Shown: piece after piece, positions 21,796 to 33,409 of the stretch
Layout: each line of letters starts with the position of its first letter
Numbering within the stretch: position 1 is the first letter of the stretch
From: Lama guanicoe
Lineage: Eukaryota
DNA length: 64,000 nt
Assembly: GCA_013239625.1 (NCBI GenBank)
Contig: MU053376.1
Span: 2,569,078 to 2,633,077 of the forward strand
Direction: 5' to 3'
Notes under the pieces: generated by a model
Seen by the model: only the letters and a program-made list of their open reading frames with translations
Told to the model about the DNA's origin: nothing
Database searches by the model: none
Translations under genes and position numbers: made by a program

Positions 21796-23727
21796 TCAGT
21801 AGGTGAGTCTTTGTAACAAGTCTGAGGGGCTATAACAAGGTGAGCAGCAGTTACTGTAGAGTCACGCTGTCATCACCCAATGACACACTATTTGTCATTC
21901 ATCAAGTCTGATCTTGCTGTCATGCACATCTGTCTTGACTCGCAAGCAAAGCTTATTCTACAGTATTTCATGATTGACCTTTAAAAATTTTATATTAGTT
22001 CTATGCTCATGTAGTCTGCATAAAGGTAACTTTTTTGGCCCAGGTTTTTCTTCGTGAGGCATTCAAGAAACATCAACTTGAGATGAAAAATTAATTGGAG
22101 AAGCAATTTTCATCTTTTCTGAATTATCTTGACAAAGACCAAAGGGACTCCATTCATAACATACTGTGGAACTTCTTAAAATCATCTTTACACAATTGTC
22201 TTAAAATCTCACACTCACAACACAGGGTGTACTCCCCTTGTCTAACTCCCCCAAACTCTTCCCGCCATCCTCAGCATTGCTGACTTTTTGTATTTCTACT
22301 CCACCCTCACCTCCTGATCTCCTCCACTAATTATTAGCTGCCATTCCTTTGAGAAGCAATCAAACCTGTCTGAGTACGATGTCTGCACATGCTTTATTAC
22401 CCCAGTTCTCCAGAAAAAGGCCTGGATTACATCAAATTGTTCAAAGGTCAAATAGAGTCTGTTAATTCTCATTTATTAATTTATTCAAACTTGGACTCTC
22501 GTAATAAAACGTAATCCCTTATATGGAAGCACAAAATTCAACACACTTTGGAAACAAATTTTTCTTTTAATATTTGACCACAAAACCTGACCTGAACTTT
22601 GTGAGGACATTTATAGTATTTATACATCCTACTTAGTGTAAATATTTTTACATTTCATGGAGAAATATTAGTAAGACAATATTATAAGCAATATAGTACC
22701 TTTCTAAAGTCCTAATAATTCTGAATCTGAAATAAGCCATTGAGATGAAGGCTTATTTACAATTATTTCCTGTATTAATGCTGTATTTTATGCCCATGTT
22801 TAGATAAGAATAAATAAAATTTCCTTTCACTTCTTTATCATTTATTGTATAAACATTATACACATTGGATACTGGGGAACATCTTATTCCTGAAGAAATA
22901 GAATATGTGGTATGTTAAGAAAAATTACTCAAAACTTGGAACTAGCTAAAAAGAGATCACTGGAGAAATTTCTTAATGGATTAATGAATATTGTCTAACA
23001 GATACTCTCCAGGGATTACTGATTCCATAAGGGTGTTTAATTTTGATTGACTTTCTATTAACTAGACTTTTTTACATCTCTTTAAGGGTAGAGGTTAATT
23101 TGTAGAAAATAGATAGGAATGCAAACGATGCTTTTATGAGAACATTGCAAATGATTCCTGATCATAGCAAAGCAAATGAATTTTGTTCAGTAGAGATTGC
23201 ATTAATTTCCATCAGTTGGAAAAGCTGATTCCAAATATTAGTTTGTTGCCCTGTAAATAACCAGTTTCGCATCTATTAGAAAAGTCATTTTAGAATGACT
23301 TTGACTGACTGACTGTATAAATCTGTTCCTCAATTCTTCTTTAAATTCATTGTAGCGTCTTAATGGTTCCCTCCTTAATTAATGAGTTGAGTAAACTTTG
23401 ACATGTATGTATTTTATATTTATATGAAAGTCACTTTGTTAACTTTCAGAAAATTATCTTTTAAAAGATGCTTGCACTTATAGTGGGCTCCCCTATTAGT
23501 TGACCAAAAATATGGAAAAACCATGAAGGCGGTATGTAATAAGTGATAAATCATCAGTATGGATGTGAGGGGCTGTGGTAGAGTTTCTGGGTAACTGTGT
23601 TCTTTTCATTCCCCCTGCATTGCTTCTGTTCATTTAGCAGATGCTGCTGCTCTGCATTATGGAATGCAGAGGAAGGGGATGCAAAACACAGAAGAGGCAC
23701 AATTCCTGTTCTAGACTTGTTAACAAT

Positions 23728-24270
23728 TGTTAAAGAGAGAACCATAAGCGAGGAGTAGGATATAGCTCAGTGGCAGAGTGCACACTTAGCATGCATGAGG
23801 TCCTGGGTTCAATCCCCAGTGCTTCTATCAAATAAATAAATGAATAGATAGATAAACAAACCTAATTACTCCCCCCCAAAAAAGCAAAACAAAAAAAAAA
23901 TTTTAAAAAGAGAACCACAAGTCCCAAATGATGTCATTTGTGCCAAAGTCCCTGATACCAATTGAAGTTTAATACTTGACCTAATTACAATTTCGACCTT
24001 CAACCAGGAATACACATATATATAATCTTAATCGGCTAGTCTGGAATTTTCTGGTCAGCACTAATGTGGTAATCTGTATGATTAAACTCTCCTCCTTCCC
24101 CCCAAAGAAGGTAACCACCCTGAAACAATTCTTCCTTTTTCCTTTTGCTAATAACTTCCTTGCCCCACTCTCCTATGAAAATTCTCCATTTTGTACAGCT
24201 ACTCAGAGTGCCCTTCCATTTACCAGCTGGATGCTGCCTAAGTCATGAATTTGAATTTTGCTTTTAAACA
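23728..24270 (+). mobile_element. Solo ERV-type LTR carrying a SINE insertion
   Basis: TGTTAAAG...CTTTTAAACA termini; LTR-like interior (ccttttgctaataacttccttgcccc...ctttccatt-like core, ggatgctgcc). Confidence 0.6.
23748..23904 (+). mobile_element. tRNA-derived SINE (camelid Vic-1-like)
   Basis: A box tagctcagtgg, B box ggttcaatccc, tail aaacctaattactcccccc plus A-run; TSD aagagagaaccataag / aaagagaaccacaag. Confidence 0.9.
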
Positions 24271-25050
24271 CAGTCTAGTGTGGGAGACAGATGTGAACAA
24301 ACTGTTACAAAATAATGATGATGGATGGGGTTGAGAATAACATTTGAGATCTTGCTGTGTCCTATGCTTTATATTTATTATGATGCTTCATGTTTATTAT
24401 TTTATTAAAAACTAACATTTTGTAGGAATTTTACCCCAATTTCATAACTGGAGCACAGACAACCAGCTAATTGCTGTAATCATCATGAACAAGAAGCTAT
24501 GAGAACCCAAGAGCAATTTTACATGCTACAGTTCCCGAGACCAAAGCATTCCCCTTATCTCTCTCTCTTAGTTCATTTGGTTGACTCGACTCAGGTCAAA
24601 TCCTGCCCGGAAGACCCACAGAACGGAAAGCCTGGTGCAGACCTGGCAAATGAAGACATTGTGTTGCTGCAGGACTTGGGAGTCCTTCTCAGGTTAGGAA
24701 TCATCCAGGACCAGCTCCTTTCTGAGAAGCTATCTACTCTGGAAGGTCGGAGAAGCTAAGTTGACCTCCTTGAGGTTTCAGTCTTCAGTGTGCTTAAAGC
24801 CTTAAGGCATCTGGCATTTGAGAAAGGGGGAGGAGGTAGCACCCAGAGTTGGTTTCACTTGGGAAAGAACCAGGGATACACCCCTTCTCCAGTTGCCCCA
24901 CCACCTCCACCCACAATGCTGGAGAGGGTTGCAGAAGGTGGACTGTAAACATGGGAAAATGTTGACAGAAGTGAAGGTCATGGCAAGACCATTCAGCCCA
25001 CGTCTGTTGATTAAGGACCAGCCTGCAGTTCAGAGACACTGGTCAACTGG

Positions 25051-25063
25051 ATTTGCATAAACA
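25051..25063. promoter_or_regulatory. Overlapping octamer (ATTTGCAT) and FOXA/HNF3-like site (GCATAAACA) upstream of the C4BPB ATG
   Basis: Motif match about 265 bp upstream of the ATG; C4BPB is liver-expressed. Confidence 0.45.
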
Positions 25064-25325
25064 GAGCCTGGGCAGTTTCTGAAATTGAGATTTAAAACTG
25101 GCAACACTTTTACCACCCCTTTGTGTTTTTGCAAAATCCAGGCCTTATACCAACTTCTTGTTGCAGAATTATTTCTTTTTTCCTTTCAGGGAAGGGAAGT
25201 CAAACTCCTTCTCTAGGAACCGACTGGTTGATCTGATACAAAGTGGTGTTAGAAGACCTATTTTGATCCAAACCAGGTGCCTGGGCTGGATTATTTCTAA
25301 CCTGGGTCAAACAACTGATCACATA

Positions 25326-25383
25326 ATGCTTTTTTGGTTTATGTGCTGTCTCATGGCTGTGTGGACGATTTCTGCCTCAGATG
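25326..25383 (+). CDS. C4BPB: C4BPB signal-peptide exon
   Basis: MLFWFMCCLMAVWTISASD; G|gtacgt. Confidence 0.93.
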
Positions 25384-28300
25384 GTACGTATGCTTTTCTT
25401 AAGCTCAATTTGTAAGACACTTGATGTCAGCTTGTGGTTTATGAGGCATTCTGCCTATGGTTTTACTGAAATTTAAATTTAAGAAATATATTTACTTTCT
25501 TTAAAAATCTCAAATTACTTGACTTAACATTCTGTACTCAACAGGGGCTTGTAAATATTTAATGATGATTTTGCTCTATGGTTTTTACCTGTTTACCTTC
25601 CCTTTCTGTTCTGGGTGCAAAACAAGTACCTATTTCAAAATCTTGAGCCATCTTATCTATGATAAAATCCAGGAATACTATTTGGAAAGGGATTTTTTTT
25701 TTAGGAGTGGATAACTTATGGCTGAATTTGAATAAAATTCCTTTTATCTTTTTGAAAACAAAACTTTGGGTCTCCTTGAGATGGGAGAGATGTGGATGTA
25801 CCCAGACATGGAACAGCACAAGGAGTCAGAATTAGTAATCCAGCAACAGGACACTTGGATGGGGGAAATCCAATAATTGCTTCCTCACAGCACATATGTC
25901 AAGTAAATCTGTTTTCTTTTTCCTTCCAGCAGAGAGCTGTTCAGAAATTCCTGCAGTGGACAATAGCATATCTGTTTCAAAGGAGGATGGAGAACAAATT
26001 CTGCGGACTTACTTGTGTATCAGGGGCTATCACCTGGTAGGAGAGAAAACCATTTTTTGTAGTGCTTCTAAAGGGTGGAATGCCACTTCTCCCCAGTGCC
26101 AGTGTAAGTTTGATCTTTCTGCTTCTTCGTCCATCTTGTCACCCTCCTGTATTCACTCACATCATACCTCCAAGTGGGCCATGTTAAGACTTAATAAGAA
26201 AAAAGTTTCAACTTCTAGGAATCCTTTTTAAAGTACTATAGTGGTGGAACTTTTCTCAGAAGGTACATAATCAGCTCTGGGTCAGTATTTATTTAGTTGA
26301 ATTAATAGACTCAATCACCCCTGCAAGAAGGAAAGAATTTCTTCTACATATTAAAACCACTTTTTTTGGGGGGGGCTATAATTTGTTTAAAATTATACTG
26401 ATTTAAAATTTTTATGTTATGGAAAATTTTAAACATATACAAAAGACAGAAGGGTAAAATGAATGCATATATACTCATCGCCCAGCTTCAATAATGACTA
26501 ACATATGACTCTTCTCACGTACAATTCTCCTTTACATTATTATTATCTTGAAGTAAATATATCACATCATTTTATTTCATCCATTGTGTAACTTTTGAAC
26601 TGGGAAAAAATTTATGTTCTCAATTTACAAAGGTGGTAACTGAGGTCTAAATGATTTGTTCAAATTCACAACATTTATTTGTGGTGTCTGTAGAAACAGA
26701 GACTAATTTGTTCACCATCTCTCTATTAATAACTATTTTTTGGAATAGCTGGATTAGTTCTCCTTTATTTCCTAGAGTGTAAAGTTCTTATGCCTGGAGT
26801 AAACACCTATATGTGTATCCTTTCTTTATATGACCAAATTTACATCCCTCTATGTTCTGTTTTCCACCTGGGGAAAACAAAAGAAAACAAAGCAAAAAAT
26901 GATGAGTAATGTACATATTTGACTGGATGAAAGGGAAGGAAACACTTGTCTCAAATGTAGGTTCAAGAATTTTGAGCAGTGCTTAACATAACAGAATGAT
27001 GAACAAGCTATTGGTAATTTCCAGTTACAAGTGCTTAATTTTAGTAAATTCAAATGCCAGTTGTCAGTCTTGTGACAGACTTTTTCCACCACACTCAGGG
27101 CAACCCAGTTTTTTCTCATCCTTCTTTTCTAGGATTTGGTACCGTGTACCAGTATATAGTAAAAGATGCCGTTTTAGTTCTAATTTTTAGTTTTCTCAGT
27201 GAAACTGGAAGAGGTCTAGCCTTTGTTGTGGTGAGCTTCAGCTTAGCTCTTTCAAATCTCTGCCTGCTTTCTTCTTCAGGGGGCCACTGTCCTGACCCTT
27301 TCCTGGAGAATGGCAAGTTCAGTGTCTTGCAGCCGGCGGATGTGAATGACACAGTCACGTTTAAGTGCAATGAGAATTACATCCTCAAGGGCAGCAGTTG
27401 GAGCCGGTGCCTGGAGAACCATACCTGGGTGCCTCCCTTTCCTATCTGCAAAAGCAGTAAGTATAAGAGAAAAAGGTGCAAACCCCAAAGGTGCTGATCC
27501 TCAGGGAAAGCCTAGGTATTTGCCACATTCCTGCAGTGCCTTCCTCTTTTCTTATATCTGGGAAGGGTTTGGGATCTTGCAAGCAGCCGAGAAAGAGCCA
27601 AGCCTCAACTCAAGTGATGTATTCCAATGACATGAACAGCATCCAAACAATAAACAAATCCTTTACTGTCTCCTCAAGTAGGATTCCTGGCTGCTAGGTC
27701 CACCCTGGGGTAGTTTGGAACATTCTACAATTTTTTAAAAAAAAAATTTCAATATTAAATGACAAAGTTTTTTTTTGGAGGGGGAAAGTTACACAAAAAC
27801 GAAAAAAGACCATAACTCATCGTTGCAAAATTATATAAACTAAGAGGTGAAATTATCTCCTTTCATCACTATAATTCATACCTCTCAGAGGTAGTTACCT
27901 GGATGTGTTTATTTAATGACGTTTTCTTATGTTTACACAGATATTTTAAATAAATGCACACACATAGATACCAACACACATATATCCTACAAAAATGGGA
28001 CTTGGCTATATTTTTTAAAATAGCTTTTTTTTTTCCCATATAACAACATACATGGGGATCTTTTCCTGATTAGTATGTATGGCTCTTCCCCCTGCTCTTT
28101 ATTTATTTACTTATTTATATTTATTTATTTATTTTACTTTTAATTTATTTTTTAAATTGAAGTATAGTCAGTTACAATGAGTCCATTTCTGGTGTTCAGC
28201 ATGATGTCCCAGTCATGCGTATGTATATACATATATTCATTTTCATGTTCTGTTTCGTTAAAGGTTATTACAAGGTATTGGATACAGTTCCCTGCAATAC

Positions 28301-31300
28301 ACAGAAGAAACTTGCTCAGTTCTAGGGGACGCTTCCTAAGTCCCTGAATAAAACAGATTCTTTTCTGTTTAAATCCAAGACCCATTATCATCTCCTTTAG
28401 TTCAGAACTGTGCTCCTGAAAGTGACCAGGAAACCCTGTCTCAGCTGAAATTTCTTAATCAACTCCCTGAAAGTCTTTTTCCTTTCTTCCCCATGACTTT
28501 CGAACTCAGGGTTTGATCTTCCAAAAACTGTTTATGAACGGCTCAAGTAACACATCTTTGTTGTAGAAAAATACAGACAATAAAAGAAGAGAACATTTTA
28601 TTACCTACAAACCTACTACCCAGGGATAATACTACTTTGACTTGTAATTTTCCGACTTTTTTTTCTGTGCATTTATGTCACTGTATGACTGTGTTTTACA
28701 AAAGTATTATTATGCTATACATGCTCTTTTATGTTTTGCTGTTTTTAGTGATCTATTTGCTTTGAACACCTTAACGTTTCAATGTCTATATACCGACATA
28801 ATTATTCTTAATTTGGCTTTTAATCTTCATCGGTACGTTTAGACACATACAATCTCAGGGCTGAGAGGGACAGTAGAGATAATACGATTTAGCCTGCTCA
28901 TTTTATAGATTAAGAAGGAAGCAGGGAAGGATGAAATGGCTTCCTTAGTGCCGTGTGGTTAGTGGAAGGGCTGAAACCCAAACTCACGCATCTAATACTT
29001 TGTCCAAGTCTCTTTCCACAATTTTACAGACTCATTGTCTTCCCCCCAAGTGCTGTTCTTCTTCTTTCTTTGTTTCTTTTTTTTCCCCCCCGAAGCTCTC
29101 CTATCGTACAACGTTCCCGCAGGGGTATTCAACCTCCATTAGAGTCCACACTATTCATCTGCTGTCTCAGGGAGTTACTTCTTCCACCTCCACCTATAGT
29201 CTAATTTTTCTTTTCTTGTGCGCTGACAGTTAGCATCTCTACAACTGAAAGTTTCTTTCCTCAAGCTCCTGCCAATCGGAAAGTACTCTCACATCGCCAG
29301 TGACTCAGAGAAAGAGCCAGGGGAGACCGCCTTTCCCATGGACAAATATGATTTTGATCAAAAGGAAGTGGATGGAGAACGTGTCCCAGGTTCTGGCAGT
29401 GCTGGAATAAATAGTTGCACTTAGCGGGCTGGGTTGTTAATTGCGCATTACTGGACTTCACAACAGTCATTTCTGTACTCCCGTCTCTCAGGAAACTGTA
29501 GCTCTCCTGAGACTATAACTCATGGCTATTTTGAAGGAATGGATTTCACCTCAGGATCTACTATTACTTATCACTGTGAAGAAGGGTAAGGAAGCCTTTC
29601 AAATCCAAGACCTCGCCCATTGACTGATAGCATTGTTTTGAGAATGACCCGAGTTCGTCTCTACCTAGTCCCGCGATTACCTAGCGCATTCTGATTTTGA
29701 GGCCTGCTTTAGTCCACTGCCAGCTCTCCTCAGTCCCTAGAAGGCAGACTGATCCTCTTACTTATCCTAATTGAAGTATTACTTTTTTTCTCTTAGCTAA
29801 GACAAGATAAAATATTTAACATGTATGTTTTTCTCAGGAAAAAAAGGAAACCCACCCAGAATATCGGAAGTGCAGAAATAGAATTATTTAGAGTAAAGAT
29901 CTTTAAGACATCCTAATTAAAGTGTAACCTTAATTTAGACTGCCTGGTGACCCCCTTACGGAACTCCTAGCCTCTTCTTTCCTTTGCCTAATCTTACGAA
30001 CTCGGAGTCCTGTGGCCTCACTGGCATTTCAATCTCATTATTTACCTCCAATGGGTTTTGCTCTCTACTCTGTTCTTTTTTTTGATTAAAAGCTGAGGCT
30101 CTTTTTTTTAGCCAGTTCACCCAGATTTATTTGAAGGCTGTCTCTAGCTTTCTACTCCTTTTTAGAGCATGGATGACAGATGCTTTTTTAGTTACTGATT
30201 GGTGAAGAGACTCCTCTCTCCCCCACCTCTCCCTTAAACTGTGTGTGTGAAAACACGCATTTAGAACTGTTTTCTCCTCTGAGTCTTATGCGCTGACTCA
30301 TCACTCGGGTCCTCCCCACTCCCAGAAGAGTGGTTTTATTTTGTGACTGCTTTGTAATATTGAGATAACTTAAGCATGCATTAAGGCTCTGGGGTGGGGA
30401 AGTAGATGCTATTACAGCAGGAAATACTGAAATACAGTTACGCAAAGCCAGGTTTAGTTGCCCAATTCAGAAGTGGAAAGGGTAAATGCTGCCATTCTAA
30501 TTTCTGTTCAGGTACCGCCTGGTGGGCACACAGAGCCAACAGTGCATTGACGGGGACTGGAGCAGCGCACTGCCGGTCTGTGAGGTGATCCAAGAAGCCA
30601 CCGAGCCAACTGCACAGGAGCAGTTTGAGAAGGTGTTTGTAAGTAGTGGGCGCTTGTCTGTCTGCCTCACAGCTGTACCTCCACGGCCTGGTGTCGCTCC
30701 TACATGCTCAGGAAATAGCTGTTCAATTTGGGATGTTTTTGAATGGTTTGGTCTTGACCTGACTGTAGAATGGGGCTCATAAATTATGCACTCATGTTTT
30801 TTATATATGAAAGTTCCCATTCTCCACCACCACCATTTAAAGAACAAGGTACACAAACTCATGTCTTAGACTTGGAAGGGCTGCTGCAAAAAGTCTCAAA
30901 ATGTTTGAGACAAAAAAAAAAAAAAGAAACAAAACTACTGAACAGGTCCATTTTCACTGACACTCACCTTTTGGTCTATATTTATTACTGGGATAATAAG
31001 TAAATTTAAGTCACTAAATTTTATTTTCAGAAAATAAAAAAGGACCCCAGGGACAGTGTCCTCTTCAAAGACACACCAAATTTCAAGGCTTAATATATAT
31101 ATAATGTATCTCTGTGCCCAGGGGGAGGAGAGGGACACTTGGCAGCATCCTGGAGGGCGCCCCAGGCAGCCCCAAGCCATCGTGCAGATTTAAATGATTC
31201 GTCACGCTGAAGACTCCGATCCCTACTAAGACAGCCTGGTTCTGGGCCCCCACCTGGGGACCTAAACACTACTCATTAGCTTTAGAGTGTAGAGCTTGGT

Positions 31301-31481
31301 CTCAGTTCTTAAATTATAACTTAAGAAAATGTTCTTTCTTCAGCTTGCCTTTCAGGAGACGGAGGATCTTCGCAAAACTATAGAGAACATTATGCAAAGG
31401 TTTAAGGAACATAACTTAACAATGGAGGAAATAAAATATTCTCTGGAAATAATGAAAGCGAAGGCAAAAATGTTGCCCTAA
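25326..31481 (+). CDS. C4BPB: C4b-binding protein beta chain, complete, 255 aa; join(25326..25383,25930..26103,27280..27456,29492..29585,30512..30638,31344..31481)
   Basis: Signal peptide MLFWFMCCLMAVWTISAS, three CCP domains with 4 Cys and a Trp each, and a helical tail. The frame is intact over 768 nt, and the gene lies between PFKFB2 and C4BPA. Confidence 0.95.
25930..26103 (+). CDS. C4BPB: C4BPB CCP1 exon
   Basis: AESCSEIPAVDNSISVSKEDGEQILRTYLCIRGYHLVGEKTIFCSASKGWNATSPQCQ; phase 1-1. Confidence 0.93.
27280..27456 (+). CDS. C4BPB: C4BPB CCP2 exon
   Basis: GHCPDPFLENGKFSVLQPADVNDTVTFKCNENYILKGSSWSRCLENHTWVPPFPICKS. Confidence 0.95.
28098..28312 (-). mobile_element. Truncated L1 3' end
   Basis: (TTTA)n tail plus ttgaagtatagtcagttacaatg...ggttattacaaggtattggatacagttccctgc. 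Confidence 0.75.
29492..29585 (+). CDS. C4BPB: C4BPB CCP3 first half
   Basis: RNCSSPETITHGYFEGMDFTSGSTITYHCEEG; split at phase 2. Confidence 0.93.
30512..30638 (+). CDS. C4BPB: C4BPB CCP3 second half plus start of tail
   Basis: YRLVGTQSQQCIDGDWSSALPVCEVIQEATEPTAQEQFEKVF|gtaagt. Confidence 0.93.
31344..31481 (+). CDS. C4BPB: C4BPB last coding exon (oligomerisation tail)
   Basis: LAFQETEDLRKTIENIMQRFKEHNLTMEEIKYSLEIMKAKAKMLP*. Confidence 0.93.
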   Translation, partial: LAFQETEDLRKTIENIMQRFKEHNLTMEEIKYSLEIMKAKAKMLP

Positions 31482-31522
31482 CATCATAGCCAAGCAGACT
31501 GGGTAATAGAAGGACACCTGTA

Positions 31523-31528
31523 AATAAA
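31523..31528 (+). terminator. C4BPB poly(A) signal
   Basis: AATAAA 41 nt after the stop codon. Confidence 0.75.
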
Positions 31529-32573
31529 ATTTCCTCTTGGTTCTGAAGTTTTAGATTTTTCTCTCTTTGGGCTGAAATGCAACTTCATGGTAACCAACTG
31601 CAATTGTACGATGCATGGGATGTGTGTGTGCGTGGGTGTGGGTGTGTTGCACTCAGAATGTGGAATGACTGGGTGTAGGGGTTGTCTAAGACCAGCATTA
31701 GCAACGCATTAATGGGAAGAGGAAGGTTTAATTTCCTGTCTGTAAGGGGGATGGGAAGCTCAGATCACAGCGAAAGTATGTGCCTCACATTTTGATATGA
31801 GACATGAATGATGCAAAAATTAACCCCAAATTACCCAAAACTTATGAGGCAAAAATTAACCTCTCATTTTGGAAAAATAGTCTCAGAACAGTTATATCCT
31901 TAAAATGACCAATTGAGACAAAAGTAGAGTCAGAACTCGAACTGTCTCCTGGGTATCCCCCACAATCCTGTTTTTAAAGCCGGGTTTCCAAATCTTCTGC
32001 AAGTAACACTGCTTTACCGCCTTTCGGATGAAACTCAGCGCTGCGTAGTCAATTTGAGACCCTGCAACACACGTGAATATATTTTCTTATTCTTTTTTAG
32101 AGGGGGAAAGAGATAACCATCGTAAGGTTTCCCTGTCAAAATTTTATGCTGAGCTGATATGACAAGCTTCTCCCATCTTGCATGCTGACCTTTACTCAGA
32201 ACACATAGGAACTCTGGGTAAAAATGCAAACAAAATACACAAGAGAGCTTGAGATGGTGGAATATCTCCAGGTGGAGTTACAAGGGGGAGCAAGAAATGG
32301 CCTCTCAAGTAGCCCATGAATAGACCCAAGACACATACACAGATATCATTAATTCAGCAATGAAGCAAATAGCTTTCAGGAAAAGTGTGCTATGAGAGCC
32401 CATGTGGGAGGAGGCTGACTTCCGTCTTGGGAGGAGGAGGCAGGGCAATGGTCAAGGAAGATGACACAGTTACTGGGGCCTTTGAAAGTTAGTAGGATGT
32501 AGAGACAAAGATGAAGGAGAAGGACATTCTAAGTGGAAAGAAGATTTGAGAAATGTAGTAGAAAGTCATGAGC

Positions 32574-32988
32574 TTTTTTTTAAATTGAAGTATAATTGAC
32601 TTACAATATTATGTTAGTTCCAGGTGTGCAACATAGTGATTCAATTTTTTAACAAATTATACACCATTTAAAGTTGTAACAAAACAATGACTGTATTTCC
32701 CCGTGCTGTACAATATATCCTTGTTGCTTATTTATTTTATACATAATAGTTGTGCTTCTTAATCCCCGACCCCTATCTTGCCTCTCGCTCCTCCCCTCAC
32801 CCCACTGATAAACCACTAGTTTGTTCTCTAGACCCGTGGGTCTAGTTTGTGATATACATTCATTTGTTTTATTTATTTTTTTTTTTAGATTCCACATATA
32901 AGTGATAACAGAGTATTTGTCTTCCTCTGTCTGACTTACTTCACTAAGCATAACACCTCTAGGCCCATCCACATTGTTGCAAATGATA
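32574..32988 (-). mobile_element. L1 3' end fragment (L1MA-like)
   Basis: T-run plus aattgaagtataattgacttacaatatt...tttagattccacatataagtga...ttcactaagcataacacctctagg. Confidence 0.85.
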
Positions 32989-33409
32989 GCCACAGGCTAT
33001 TTAACCAGCTGAATCCAGTCCTGGGATTAATCTAACTTGACCAAAATGATTTTTAATTTTAAGCTGTTCATTATATTATTGCCTATATTTCTATACTAAC
33101 AAGACCTTGTGAGCATTTGAAATGTTCAAGCTTATGAAAATTTTAATTAATTGTGATACATCAAACATAATGCAGACTTTTACAGTGATAATTACGAACA
33201 GAAAGTTTTAAAAATAGAATTTAAGTACAAATAGAATACAGAACAAGTAATTATGATTAAGTTTGTGTAAAACCTTTCCTCTTAGGGAAAAGAACCAGGC
33301 AATAGTAGGCACAGATGGAAGCAGCTGTCTTAGAATGGTGAAATTACAGATGTTTATTTTCTTCAACTTCCTTAACGTTTCAAATTAAATTTTTAATATT
33401 AATTTTTTT

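Noticed and set aside
23281..23302. Inverted repeat aaagtcatt-ttag-aatgacttt
   Set aside because: A 9-bp AT-rich stem is plausible by chance in 64 kb; no other support.
23760..23822. tRNA-like sequence with A and B boxes
   Set aside because: It is the head of a SINE with a tail, A-run and TSD, not a tRNA gene.
24590..24760. Possible upstream non-coding exon of C4BPB
   Set aside because: An acceptor exists at 25189, but the candidate donors are weak and exon boundaries cannot be fixed without transcripts.
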